A stretch of 64,000 nt of DNA from Lama glama (taxonomy: Eukaryota): contig CM052816.1 of the NCBI GenBank assembly GCA_028534125.1, forward strand, positions 19,780,001 through 19,844,000. Reading direction: 5' to 3'. This document shows positions 20,651-33,510 of this stretch, in pieces (position 1 is the first letter of the stretch; each line of letters opens with the position of its first letter). The position numbers and the translations under genes were made by a program. The notes under the pieces were generated by a model. That model did not search any database. It saw only the letters and a list, made by a program, of their open reading frames with translations, and was not told where the DNA came from.

Positions 20651-23600
20651 TAGAGGGTTAGGAAAAGTGGATCACAACAATGTTGTAATTAGAGTTCCTG
20701 GAGAATTCTGGGAATCCTGAAGGGAAACAGTGAAATCTTGGAAGATTGCACAGATGCAAGTGAAGTTTGTTCACACTTTCTTCTGTCTCCTGTTTCTGGA
20801 TTCCAGTCCTTACCTTCCAACATATAGTCAGTGGCATTAAGTGGCCTCCCCTAAGGGAGGGTGAACATTCATTGTGTTGGCCATTCAGTAAATATTTCCT
20901 GGCTGCCTGCTCTGTGCCAAGCCCTGTACAAAGCACATAGTTTGGCATTCAAGAGAGGACAAATTCAGCAGCTTCTGCCCCCTAGGCTCCTAGCAGGGGC
21001 TGCAGCTGGGATTTGGAACAGAGAAAAGCTGCCCAGGGCTGTATCTGTGGATGAAGACACTGCCCTCATGGCAAGATCCAGCTTTGGCTTTTTCTGTGGT
21101 GCTACAAATGCATGCTGGGGAGAGGAGCCCCTCTGGAGCCTTTGCCAGCAAGTTTAGAGATGGTACTGACCAGCCACAGGAGAGGTCTGGATGATGTGCC
21201 AGCCAGGCCACCTGTCCCTTTTGAGACCCAGCCCAGTGGCCACAGATGGTAGAAGGCAAAGAAGATCCCAGGGGCCTCCAAATGCCTCCCCAGAAACTGG
21301 CAGTAGGCAGTAACTCCAGCCAAGTCAGGAGCCAGCTTGACCAGAGTCAAAGTGTGAGACACCCCACTTAGAGTCAAGGGGCCTGGCCCAATCCAAGAAT
21401 TACCAAGAGCCAAAGGCACTGGCTCTAAATCAAGCAGAACACTGTAAGAAAACCCCTTTCTCCTTTTCCCAGGGTTTCTCATAAATCAAAGCACACCTCC
21501 CACACCCCCAATGTGGCAGTATTACAAAGACCCTTCCCATGCATTTACTGGTGAGTTCATAGCCATGCTGGAGGTAACTTGGTTTTATTAGAAATAGTAC
21601 GCATTTCAAAAGCACCTATATGAACAAGGCTCTATCTTAGGGCAGTGAGTTCCAGGTCAAGACCCTATCCTGTAGGGATTTAGATCCATTTAGGAAGATA
21701 AGTCCTTAAGCATAGATGGGATGGTCAGGGTAAAACAAGCTGTCTTGGGAGCCTGTAAGGGAGGAATGGTGAAGAAGGTTTCTTTAGAAGGGCCAGGAGA
21801 TATACCTACATACAGACAGCAATGCAGATGAAATAGGAGGATGAAGGATGTTCCAGAGACATGGGTGGTGTCTGCCTGGTCTATAGCAGTGCAGTGGGGT
21901 ATACACCATGATGCTCATAGCTGGCCCCACAATTCCTCCTGAAGAGGGAACTGCCCTTTGTGCAGGAAAATATGCTTCTTAGGGGTGAAAAGTGAGACCC
22001 TACAATTGCCCCAAGTTGGAAGGAATAGATGAGAATGTGCAGTCTACTTCCAGAACTCTTCCCCAGAGAGACCCTATGATGTGGGCACAGGGGATTTGTC
22101 TAAGAACATCATTACAGCATTGTTTATAACAGCCAAAAACAAAGTAGCTTGAATGTTTGGTACTAGATAACTCACTAAGTAAACCAACAGCAAAAGAAGA
22201 AGGCAGCAAACTAAGAAGCATTGCGTGGTTTTGTATGTCTGATATAGAAAGAACCGTAATAAAAGTGTTAAGTGAAAAGAAAGTTTCAGGGTAGTATGTA
22301 CAGTAAGATCCCATTTGCTTTAAAAAATACCTATCAAAGTCTACATTTTAATCTGAGCAAAGATATACAAATATATGTAATTTCATAGAAAAAAACGAAG
22401 TACCTGGCGATGACTGGTTGCCTATGTTGGAGCGTAAGGAGTAAGGTGGAGAAAGGATGAGAGACTGGGGTAGGTCTGCGAAGATGGAGAAGAGGTGACC
22501 CTGTGGTTGTTAGGGGAGTCCCAAGAAACCCTTTGCACTTGGGCACTGCTGGTTACCCTACAGGTGCTCAGAATTCTCCAAGAACAGAAGGAGCATTAAG
22601 GTGGAGGGATGTGTACCCTTAGCACAACAATGGTTAGACTCTGGTCCTGGCAGGCAGGGGCAAGAAGCCTGTCTTCTGGTCTAGCCCCAGTGCTGACTCT
22701 TGGGTGGTCTGGAGCCTGTTTGGCTCTCTCTGGGTCCCAGTGTCAGGGATTCTCTGGGCTTCTCCATCTGGCCCAGACCAAGATTTTAAGTCCATTACAG
22801 ATCCTTCCCATGGAGGTTGAGCTCCAACAAGGGCATGGAAAAGCCCTACTTGGCCTTTGGCCTGCTACGGCTTGGGCATGAGCCAGGCTGTGATTGGGAA
22901 CCAGTGTGGGAAGAGAGAAATTTCTGAGCAGCATGGCCTCCTGGAGGAACTCCCTCCTCTGATAGGTAGAGTACCATTTCTTACATCTGACTTGAGGATA
23001 CCTAGTCAAGCCTGGATCCTTAGGGAACAAATGTGGGGATAATTCATTACCTGGCAGGCCCCAAACAGTTAATGAAACCCACTGAATGAGGGCTCTGGAC
23101 TGGGCGAGAGAAGTGGATGGTGCTTGAGGCCAGGACTTGGGCTGTGGGCCAGTGGGCTGCTGGTATGAGCAGTACACAGGTGCAGACCTGTTTTGCATAC
23201 AGTTTCTGTGGTTAGTCTGGGCTAGCTGCAGGCTACAGGGATGTGTAACTTGAAGTCCCTGCCCTGAGGATTCCAAGGATGGGGAAGGAGTGTACATAGG
23301 GTCTGAATAGGATCAAATATATGGATAGGATCAAAGCTCAGTCTGGAACCAGAAGCAGCAAGGCCAACTAGGTCTGAGAAGCATCACCCCAGTCAAGGCT
23401 TCATTTATGGTGTCCTGGCTTTGACCAGCCTCCCAGTGCCAGAAAGTACTCCAGGGTGCAAGGTGGCTGCCTTGGGAGCCTCCTGCAGGGACTAGTGAGC
23501 TTGCCGTTCCTCTCTTAGGACTGTAGACAAAGTGACTTGTCAACCTGGGGTGGCGGTAGGCACTATAACTAGACATCTAGGACCTGCAGCTCTGGTAGGT

Positions 23601-24421
23601 GGCAGCTGCTTCCAAATGTGCTGGATCTCCAGGCAGGGCCCTCAGGAGAGGCTTGGATAGCAATTGGCTCTGGATGCCTGTGCGACAGAGATGCTTGGAA
23701 ACAAAGGAATGCTTGTTGAGTTACTCTCCAGTCAGGTCAGCTCCAGGCAGCTTATCAACCTAACACAGCTCCTGTAGGAGAGTTGTACAGAAGAAGGAAA
23801 CCCTGCATTACCCTGCATTCCAGCCAGGGTAAGAAATGGGGGAAGAAAGGGGGAATTCCTAGGAGGAAGGGGAACTGTGTTGGGCAGTGGGGGCTTCCCT
23901 GGAGAGCCTCTGCCATTAGCATCTAGCTCCACCTCCTTAATTCCCAACTGCTCTCAGAGTTCAAGGAGAGGCACCCAGTTCTTAGGTGACAAGTCCTCTG
24001 GCTGACCAGGCTGGGAGGGTGGGCCCAGAGAAGAGCAAGCACCATCCTTGCTCCAGAAGATCTCACAACACAGGTGGGGAGGTGAGATTCTTAGACTGGA
24101 AATAAGATGAGGTAGGATATAAGTCAGCACAGAAGTGTCAGCTTTGACCCTGTGTGAGTGAGGGGGAGAAAGGAACTGCTATATGAGGGTAGAGGGAAGA
24201 GAGATGATATACACATGCTGGTGTGTACATGTGTGCATTGGTGTGTACCCATGTGCATATGTGTACGTGTTGTGTGTCTGCATGTGTCCACATATGCCTG
24301 ATGCCACATCTCTGGAGTCCCCATCTTTTGTGCTATTTGCCCAGACAACCTAAAAATAATTTCCATTTAACTTTAGGATTTGTTATTTGATGCATAAGAT
24401 GCTTGCCAAGCGGATATACTT

Positions 24422-24562
24422 AAAAAAATTTTGGGGGGAAGGGAGATAATTGAGTTTATTTACTTATTAATTTTTAAAAATTTGATGGAGGTACTGGGGA
24501 TTGAACCCAGGACCTTGTGCATGCTAAGCATGTGCTCTACCACTGAGCAATACCCTCCCTCC
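24422..24562 (-). mobile_element. tRNA-Ala-derived SINE, Vic-1-like
   Basis: ggaggtactggggattgaacccaggaccttgtgcatgctaagcatgtgctctaccactgagc; TSD core gatatactt at 24413-24421 and 24566-24574. Confidence 0.88.
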
Positions 24563-25233
24563 ACAGATATACTTTTCTACACCCACTTTATCTAAGATCA
24601 ATGAGTCTGCACTCATTATGCATATATAGGATGGCTAGTGAGCAAAAGTCAGACTAGAACACACTGGATTTGGCTTGAAAGTTCATATAAAAATGGTTCC
24701 TATGTGGATAACAAATTTGAACTGTGTACATGGATTGGCAATGATGGCGTAGATGGTGATGATGATGATGATGAAAAAGAACCCAACATAGCTATGGGGG
24801 ATGTCATCAGTCCTTTATCTCACTGATATATGACATAAAATTGGGCATATGATGAGCACCCAGTGAATATTTACTGAATTTTTTTGCGGACATTGAGAAT
24901 GAATGTCCACATATGTGACACACGTGCAAATACAAAGCTAGATGATTGATAATTCATCATGGACAGAGGACAACTAAATGATAGATTGAGTTTAAAAGTC
25001 AGTTTATTAGATAGATGGCTAAGGGGTGATGCAATGATTAGATTGAAAGATTAATGCCATGGAGGAATGATAGATTTATAAATAATTTGTTGATGTTTGA
25101 TAAGGGGTAGGAAGAGAGATAAATTGTGGCCAGGTGACAGGTCAGTAGATCCATGGCCAGATCCAAATAGGAAGGTAGATAAGTAAATAGAAATGTAGCG
25201 ATAGAGTGATAGACAAGAGGATGTGAGAGATGC

Positions 25234-25402
25234 TGTTAGGCAGAATAATGCCCCATGAAGATGTCTCTATTGTGCTCCTCAGAACCTGGAATATGTTACT
25301 TATATAGCACTAGGGATTTTGCAGATATGATTATATTAAGGACCTTGAGATGGAGGGATTACCCTGGATGACCCAGTCTAATGGGCCGAGTCTAATCACA
25401 TG
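25234..25402 (+). mobile_element. MaLR LTR 5' fragment (MLT1D/E-like)
   Basis: tgttaggcagaataatgcccc...ggattttgcagatatgatt...aaggaccttgagatggagggattaccctggatgaccc. Confidence 0.75.
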
Positions 25403-26263
25403 TTCTACCACTGGCCACTCTTTCACCATTCTCCAGCCTCCCCTGCCTCTTTTCAGTTCCTCATCATGCCAAACTCATTCCTACCTCAGGGCCTTTGAAC
25501 TCACTGTTTCCTCTGTCTGCTCTTTTTCTTCACTCAGAGCTCAGTTCAAATAAGAGTTGTTTCCCTGCTTCCAGATTTTTGTCCTGAATCCTTAAGAACA
25601 CTCCGTTCCTGGGGACTGGGTTGGGGCAACAGGACATCCAAGCTCCTAGCCTGCTCTGGCTGGCATTATCCCCAGTCCTGGGTCCCACCCAAGGCTGCGG
25701 GATGGAGCAGTATACATGAGTCATCGAGCCACAGACACAGTCCCCTTGTCGGAGGGACCTGAGCAGTTATGTTGTGGCAAACTCCTAGGGCCAATGGCCA
25801 ATTGAAAAAGAAGGTTAGGAATTTCCCCAAGTTCTTCATACTCACACAGGGCCAAGGGGTAACTAGAGAGTGGAGGATCTGAGAGAGGCCTGCATGGATG
25901 ATGCTGTAACTTCTCTGGACAGCTCTGTGCCCATCTAAGCTGGGCCAGGCTGTGGAGGAGCAGACAGCACATGTCAGTCTCAACCACCCCTCCATTACCT
26001 CACACTGACTGAGCACCCACTGTGTACCAGGCCCCACGCTGCCCTCCTACAGGTCAGCCCGGCTCTGAAGGAGCTTACAGTCTAGCCTGAGAGGCAGGCT
26101 GGCCAGCAAAACTTACAGATCTCCTGGACAAGGATGCAGCATCAGGAAAAGTCACATTAGACTCTGCCACATGGAGCAGGTGGTAGCACTTGAAGGCGGT
26201 GAGCAGGCTAACTAGAAGGGCATGGACAGGACAGAAGGGCATTCTAGGCAGCAGAACCAGTCT

Positions 26264-26769
26264 GGTATGTTAGTTTCGTGGGGCTGCCATAACCAAGCGC
26301 CACAAACTGAGTGACTTAAAACAAAAGAAATTTGTATTCTCTCTGTTTTGAAGGCTAGAAGTTTGAAATCAAGCTGTTGGCAGAGCCGGGCTCCCTCCAA
26401 AGCCTCTTGGGGAGGAAATTTCCTTGTCTCTTCAAGCTTCTGTGGCTTCCAGTGTTCCTTGGCTTGTGGCAGCATAACTTCACCCCCTGCCTTCATCTTC
26501 ACAAGGTTGTCTTCCTTCCACATCTGTGTGTCTCTGTCTTCACATATTGTTCTTCACGTATGTCTGTGTCTGTGTCCAAATTTCCCTCTTCTTACAAGCA
26601 TATCCATCATATTAGATTAGGGCCCACCCTGGTAACCTCATCTTAACTCAATTAAATTGGCAAAGACCCTATTTCCAAATAAGGTCCCATTCAGAGGTGT
26701 GTGTTTATGTGGGGTGGGGGTTGGGACGTCAATGTATATTTTTGTGGGGACACAATTCAACCCAAAACA
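26264..26769 (-). mobile_element. MaLR solo LTR (MLT1B/C-like)
   Basis: ttagtttc..ggctgccataac...cacaaactgagtgacttaaaaca...gaccctatttccaaataaggtc...ggacacaattcaaccc...aca. Confidence 0.88.
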
Positions 26770-29309
26770 GTAGGCAAAGGCTTGGAAGGGCATGGAGCTT
26801 AGGGCCAGAGCTCTCCACTGTCTGCTACCTCAGGACCCACAACCTTGGTATGCATTTCCCATGGGCATCTGACTGGTCCTGACTGGCATGTTCCCACCTC
26901 TAGACTCTTGCAGCCCCGGTCCCCCTGTCTGCATAGCTTTTCTTTCTCAGTCGGCAGGCCTACCTCTTCAGGAAGGACTCTCAGACACTGAGTTGGAAAA
27001 GCCGGTGCCTTCCTCTGATTTCTGAGACTCTCACAGTCTGAGTGAGGGCTCATTTAGTCTACAATACAGTATTGTGGTGAAGGCCTTGAGTCCAGCCCCT
27101 CAGCCATTTCCAAATTCCCTCCTTACAATTCCTGCCTAGGCTTCTCACTGTGCCTGAATTAACCTCCGAAGCAGAGCAATTCCACACCAGCCGTCCTGAC
27201 TGCTGTACAGTCTCCTTTGCTCTGGCCACGTTGCATCTCCCAGGAGCTCCCTGAGAGTTCTGAGGTCTCCCCACTCTCACCACTGGGATCCCCAAGGAGC
27301 CCACTTGGCCCCACCAGTGCCCAGGGTTACAGTGGCGCACAGGCCACCTGAGGCAAGATGAGGGGCTTGCAAAGAGCTCTCTGACCCAATTCCCATCTCT
27401 CTCACCCACCTGCCCCAGGTAAGAAATTCCACCACTAGCAAATCTGGCAGCATCCAACCCTGATAAGGACAAATGCCTCAGAGGGGAGACTGTCTTCCAG
27501 GAGTAGCTGGGCAGGGATTTGCCTCCGGAGCCTGGGAGCCTGGTGATATCTCACTCAAGTCCTACAGGAGACTTGTGACTCAGAAGCAGGAGGGGGTGAA
27601 GAAGAAGAGCTATTCTGCAGAGCTTTGTCCAGGCTGTGGGGTGGGGGAAAGCTGAGGGCAGCCCCAGTGGCCCAGCCTGTCTGGGCACAGATGCTTAGGC
27701 CCCAGGACATGCACAAAGCTCAGCCTCTTCCTTCTCTCCAGCCTGCCCTCCTTTGTCCTGCACCTTCCTGGATGAAACAGCCCCCTCCACACGCAGCCCC
27801 TAGGCTGTTAGTGGCCTTTGGACTGGGAAGGACTAGGGCCTTCCTGGGCCCCACACCCAGGCTGTCACTCACAGGAAGCAGGGAGAGGCCCAGAACTGTC
27901 CCTCCCTGGGCACAGTCCCACAGTGTCCTCAACCAGCCAGTCCTGTTCTGCCCTTTCTCCTGTGGGGAGGAGCTAGGGGCAGGGAAGATGGCAGGGCCCA
28001 GACCTGGCCAGAAGCACTGTGCTGCCACTGGCCCTCAGCCCCACATGTGCCCATGGTGCTCATATTCTGTATGGAGGCCCTGGATAAGTCTGGGCTGCCT
28101 GGGCTGCTCCGCCTTTCTTGCCAGAGAGATTGGAGAGTAGGATAGGGGGTGTGCTTATCACAAGACCCCAAGGGTCCCAAAAAGGCTCGTTTGGAAAGGT
28201 GAGCCAGCCATGTCTAATAAGGAACTATTTCAGTTTTGCCATAAGCAAGTCTAGCTTGGCGGAGCTGCCTAAAATAGCCAGGTAATAGAAGCCAAATGTC
28301 TGCAAGGAGAGTTTGGCTCCTGAGCATTGGGATGGGGGCAGGGTGGGGGAAGTCCGGTACAAGCTCAGGTGTCAGGAGGGTAGCCTCAGCCTCTGCATCC
28401 AGATTCCACACCTACCTCACCCCAAGGAATCAGTCCAGGCCTGGCCCCTAATAGGTCCTTAAGCTTAGCCTCTAAAATCCCTACTCTTACCAATCCAGTC
28501 ACTACCCATATAGTGGACATCAACAAAACCCTTTTTAGATTAAAGGCTTCATGGAGAGTTTCATGGTGCCCCAGAGTGGATAAGGGATGCTCAGGGGTTT
28601 GGCTAAGCCTGGCTCCGGACCTGCTGATCAGAGAAGGCATCTCTAGGTCTCACCTGAGCCTATGTTGGGGGTCCAGTCAGTGGCCTGGACAGCTGGGTTG
28701 GGCTCTCTCCCCAGGATTATCTACCTGCTGGGTTACTGAGGACACCTAAGTTAGGGGCTGCCTCCACCCCGAGGAAACACACCTTGTCAGTGACCCTACT
28801 GGCCCTCTTGGGCTTGGTTCTCTGCTAAGCGTGGTTAGACCAGCCAAGTTCTCATTGTCCCCTTCCTCGCAGAGGAAGAGGGAGACCAAACAGGGTATGG
28901 CATGGGCCCTGTGGCCCATGGTCTGAGCCCTAAGTATGGTACCCATATAGGGGTGGCACAGGGCATACAGAGTATCCAGAGGGTGCCTTTGGAGCAGGGC
29001 CAGCTGTCTTCCTTCAAAAAGTAAATGCTCAGCTCCCACTCTGCAGCAAACCCTGCTGTGTGTCCAATTTCCTCACCAGGCCCCTGGAGGCCATCTGGAG
29101 AATCTGTGGGGAGTCATCTGCCTCCTCCAGGGGCACGATCCTCAAGCCCAGAAAACCCTAGACTTCTAAGTATTCTCTGGAGGTTCTTGTACAGTATCAG
29201 GAAGAGCAATTTCTCCCCCCCAACTCACCTTTAATTTCTTTAAGAAGCTATCCCTCCCCACTGCCATCTGTGGGCTTCCTGAGCCATGGCCCACAGCCCC
29301 CAAACCTCA

Positions 29310-29530
29310 AAGCTTCAGTCTAACAAAGTGGTTAATGCCTGCTCTACCACTTGGTAGCTGTTTGACCATGGGCAAGGTACCTGGGCCTCATTTACCTCAT
29401 TTATAAAATGGAAATAATGATAGTCCTTATCTCAGTGGGTCATTGTGAGGATTAAATGAGATCACCCAGGGGCTGGCACATTGTGAGTGCTTAATAAACT
29501 AGGGGATAGAGAGTATCACTGTTATTATCT
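29310..29530 (+). mobile_element. MIR SINE
   Basis: ctctaccacttggtagctgtttgaccatgggcaag...cctcatttataaaatgg...ttgtgaggattaaatgag. Confidence 0.75.
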
Positions 29531-30307
29531 GTAGGTATCCCTTTTTAACCTACTTCTCCTGCTTTGCCCTTCTCCTTCAGCCCCCTAAATCCAGTCTTGT
29601 CACCTTCCTAAAGCCTCCACAGTCTGAACCAGGATAGCTGGTCAGGTCCTGCTCCAAGGTGAGTGGGAGACAGGGACGTGTTTGGCCATCCTGCATTCCT
29701 GGTTGTAAAGCTAGAATGAGTCCTCCAGGGACCCCAATTGCTCTCACTTTGGTCACCATCCACACTCTTAATTCAAGGGGATTTTAAGAATCAGCATTTC
29801 TGCGGTAGAAGCCAAAGCCAAGAAATAGAAAGGGTGAGAGAATAATTGAAGGCCACACAGTGAGCTCAGGCCAAAGCTGGATGATAGTCCCAGCAGACCT
29901 GCCATCCAGCTCTCCTCTCCACCTGACTCAACAACAGCTTTCTTTTCTTCAGAAACCTCAATGGAAGCCTCCTTCTGGAGCTTTTATGTTCAGAGAAAGC
30001 AGCAAACAAAGTCTGGAGCCAGTCCCTGGGCCTGGAGCCCTGAGCTCCCCAGGCCGACCCACAGGCTGACGGAGACGTTACTGGAGCTGATGATTCAACT
30101 TCCTGCCTTTTGAGAGCACCCAGACCACAGAGGTTTTCTCCCTTGGAGGAGGGGGCATCTCCCTGCTTTGGGCCAGGGAGGGTAGGACAAAGCTCTACCA
30201 CATACTGCAAGGACTAGGCAGTGTATAGGGCAGGTCCTAAGAGGCCACTCTGGAACCCTGGCTGGCTGCTTCCTGAAGCCTATTTCTTTGGATAAATGAT
30301 TACTACC

Positions 30308-30422
30308 TAGGGTGACCCCAGAGAGGTCAACCAGACTAGAACTGTCCTGGTTTTAGCACCCAAAGTGCCACATCCTGGGAAACCCCTCAATTCTGAGCAA
30401 ACCAGAAGGGTTGGTCACTTTA
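30308..30422. mobile_element. MER81-like hAT-Blackjack MITE
   Basis: TIRs tagggtgacc ... ggtcacttta; internal actgtcctggttttagcac...cctgggaaacccctca. Confidence 0.7.
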
Positions 30423-30491
30423 TTATCACCCAAATTTCTGTAGGACATGACCACCTCAGGTCTCCAGGCCCGAGGACAACACATTCTAGAA

Positions 30492-30828
30492 CAGGGAATT
30501 GGCAAACTATGGCCTGAGGGCCCGATCTGGCCCTCTGCCTATTTTGTACAGCCCATGAGGTAAGAATAGTTTTTATATTTTTTAATAGTTGAAAACAAAA
30601 TTAAAGAAGAATACTGTGTCATGATAAGTGGAAATTATATGAAATTCAAATTTCAGTGTTCACAGATAAAGGATCACAGCCATGCCCATTCATTTACATA
30701 CTGTTTCTGGTGACTTTCACATTACAAGAGAGAGTTGAGTAGCTGCAAGAGACTGTATGGACCTATGAGCCACAAATATTAAAATATTTATTGTCTGACC
30801 CTGTACACAAATAGTTTGCTGACCCCTG
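30492..30828. mobile_element. MER58B-like hAT-Charlie element, full length
   Basis: TIRs cagggaattggcaaact ... agtttgctgacccctg; perfect 8-bp TSD TTCTAGAA (30484-30491, 30829-30836). Confidence 0.9.
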
Positions 30829-32317
30829 TTCTAGAAGCAAGTAAAAGGTGTGGGTGCCTGACCTGGGCTGGATGTGAGTGTGTGTGAGTGGGCAGTGATG
30901 CTTTTTTAAAGAAGCTCAGAATTGGAGAAGGTGAGAGAGATTCAATACAATGTCTCAACCCACTTCTCAGGCTGCAAATACTTGCCAGCCCAATTCCAAA
31001 GGTGGTTCAGAAATGATGCCCCCATATCCACAGGCCCTACCCTCAGCCTGCTAACAATTCTGCTGAGCTTGGGTTTGTGGGGGGCACTGGGGTCTGCAGG
31101 GCACATGCAGTACCAGATCTTGGGCCCCAGAGGCAACAGGATCCTGTTCAGGCATGAGTGGACCCTACCATTTCAGAACCCCAGATTGGAACATGGGATC
31201 TGACAACTGGACAACATCTGAAGCTGGGATCATCCTGGGAAACCCATATTTCTCACTGTGGGTAAGAACAGTGAGACTCCATGCAGGGTCAGGCATCCCA
31301 ACACTGTCACATTGTGCCATAAATACAAGGGCTCCATGTGCCTGAACAACTCTCCAGTTGGGCCAGTGCCATCCACCTGTGTAACTGACTTAGCAGTTCA
31401 GGACTGCTGGGGGGCTGGTAGGCTGTTCTCAGAGTCTGGTGGGGAAGATCCTCATCTGGTCCCTTTCTGAGCTTCTAATTCATAGGACCCTGATTCCTTG
31501 CTACTGTCAACATCTTCAAGCAGGGTTTTTCAAAGGTGGATCCTGCCCTCATGTCACTTTTCCCTGGTCCCTGGAATGACAGAGCTGACTGCATCTCTGA
31601 AAGAAGCCCCCTTTGGTATCTTACTTGGGAAAGAAAGTGGCCTCCTTAAAGTTTAAGTAATGTTTTCCACACTTCAAAGGCTGGTCATTAAGAACAAACA
31701 CTGTTGTTAGCTTATTGCTCACTGCTGGAAGCAATGAAGATCAACCAGTACTCATGCCATTTTGGGAAGGTGGGGTGGGGGTGCATTGTGAGAGGGTATG
31801 AGATAAGACACTAGAGATGTCTTTGAGAAGACTTGGGCCAGGTGTGGCCAGGGGCCCTTGGTTTGATTATTACCCTGATACCAGGAAGAATTTACAATGC
31901 TTGGTTTCTTGAAGTCTACATAGATAATGTATGTTCTTAGTTGAATATCCTCCCAACCATTGCCTCAACCATATGATCAGCTCATTTCCAGCTATACTTC
32001 TCCAGACTGGTTTCTGTGGACTTTTGGCTGAGATCTGGGGAGGTTAGGGGAATGGTACCAAAGTCCCCTTATCTAGAGACCTGGTCTCTAGGTCAATGCT
32101 GGGTAGCCTGGGCTGTTGGTTAGTTGTCCCTCTGTGTTCCCATCTGTAAAATGGAATGATTGTGAGGGAGTTGCCTTATCATGGGGCTCTGAAGATTTAC
32201 TGTACCAGAGAGAAGGCCCTCTTGTTGATTTCACTGTGGATATTCCTAAGGAGTTGGCTCAAGGCTGGTGCTTCAGCGGAGTGTGTGGGAGAATCAATCA
32301 GAACTCTTTCAGCTTTA

Positions 32318-32942
32318 TCTAGAAAGGACCTTAATTCAAAAAGATACATGCACCCCAATGTTCATAGCAGCACCGTTTACAACAGCCAACACGTGGAAAT
32401 AACCTAAATGTCCATCGACATATGACTAGATAATGAAGTTGTGGTATACTTATACAATGGAACACTACTCAGCCATAAAAAAGAATAAAATAATGCCATT
32501 TGCAGCAACATAGATGGACCTGAAGAATGTCATTCTAAGTGAAGTAAGCCAGAAAGAGAAAGAAAAATACCATATGGTATCACTTACATGTGGAATCTAA
32601 AAAAAAAAAAAAGACAAGCAAACTTATTTACAAAATAGAAACTTATTTCTATGTTTTCACAGACATAGAAGACAAACTTATGGTTACCAGGGGGAGAAGG
32701 GGGTGGAAAGGGATAAATTAGGAGTTTGAGATATGCAGATAAATAGTATAAAATAGATGAACAACAAGTTTATACTGTATAGCACAGGGAACTATATTCA
32801 ATATCTTGTAGTAACCTACAGTGAAAAAGAATATGAAAACAAATATATGTTTGTTCCTATATGAAGAAGTATTGTGACGTACACCAGAAATTGACACATT
32901 GTAAACTGACTATACTTCAATTAAAAAAAAAAAAAGAAAGAA
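32318..32942 (+). mobile_element. Young 5'-truncated lineage-specific L1 3' end
   Basis: L1 3' UTR (tgcaccccaatgttcatagcagca...gtatagcacaggga actatattcaatatcttgta), poly(A) tail, perfect 16-bp TSD AACTCTTTCAGCTTTA (32302-32317, 32943-32958). Confidence 0.92.
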
Positions 32943-32958
32943 AACTCTTTCAGCTTTA

Positions 32959-33510
32959 AGTAATATGAAACTCACTCAAACTTGCTTAAGCAAAAGGGAT
33001 CTATTTATTTGTTTGGTTGGTTGGTTGGTTTACATAATGGAAATGTTTAGGGGTGTTAGGCACAGCTTGGTCCAGAGGCTCAAAATATCATCAGAACCAG
33101 GCCATTCTTCATTTATGCTTTCTTTAGCACTGGCCCTTTCCTCAGATTGTGATGGCAGGACACCTACAAGCAGCTCCAAGATGACACCCTCACATCTCCA
33201 AATCTAGATGAAAGGATAACATCTTTTTCTAGGCCATTCAAATACCTGGTTTTGGTTCTGATTGAACCTCATGGCTTGGCTTGTGTCACATGCCCATTCT
33301 AAACCAACTATTATGCAGTCAGGATAGTGCACAATGCACTATGCTAATCTGATTGGCCAGGCCTCGTTCACATGTTACTCTCAAGACAGGGGATTAACTC
33401 CATCTGAAGTACACAAACTGAAATTAACAAGAGGAGCAGTTCCTCAGAGGAAAGTTAGGTGGCTGTTATTAGAAAAGGAGGGATGGATACTAGACAGGGA
33501 AAGTACAATA
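32959..33510 (-). mobile_element. Old MaLR LTR (MLT1J/K/L-like), host of the L1 above
   Basis: aaactcactcaaacttgcttaagcaaaaggg...ggcacagcttggtccagaggctcaaa...gtcacatgcccattctaaacca. Confidence 0.6.

Noticed and set aside
24600..25230. Purine-rich GATA/GATG-like stretch
   Set aside because: Looks like degenerate simple-repeat or low-complexity DNA, with no periodic unit I could define.
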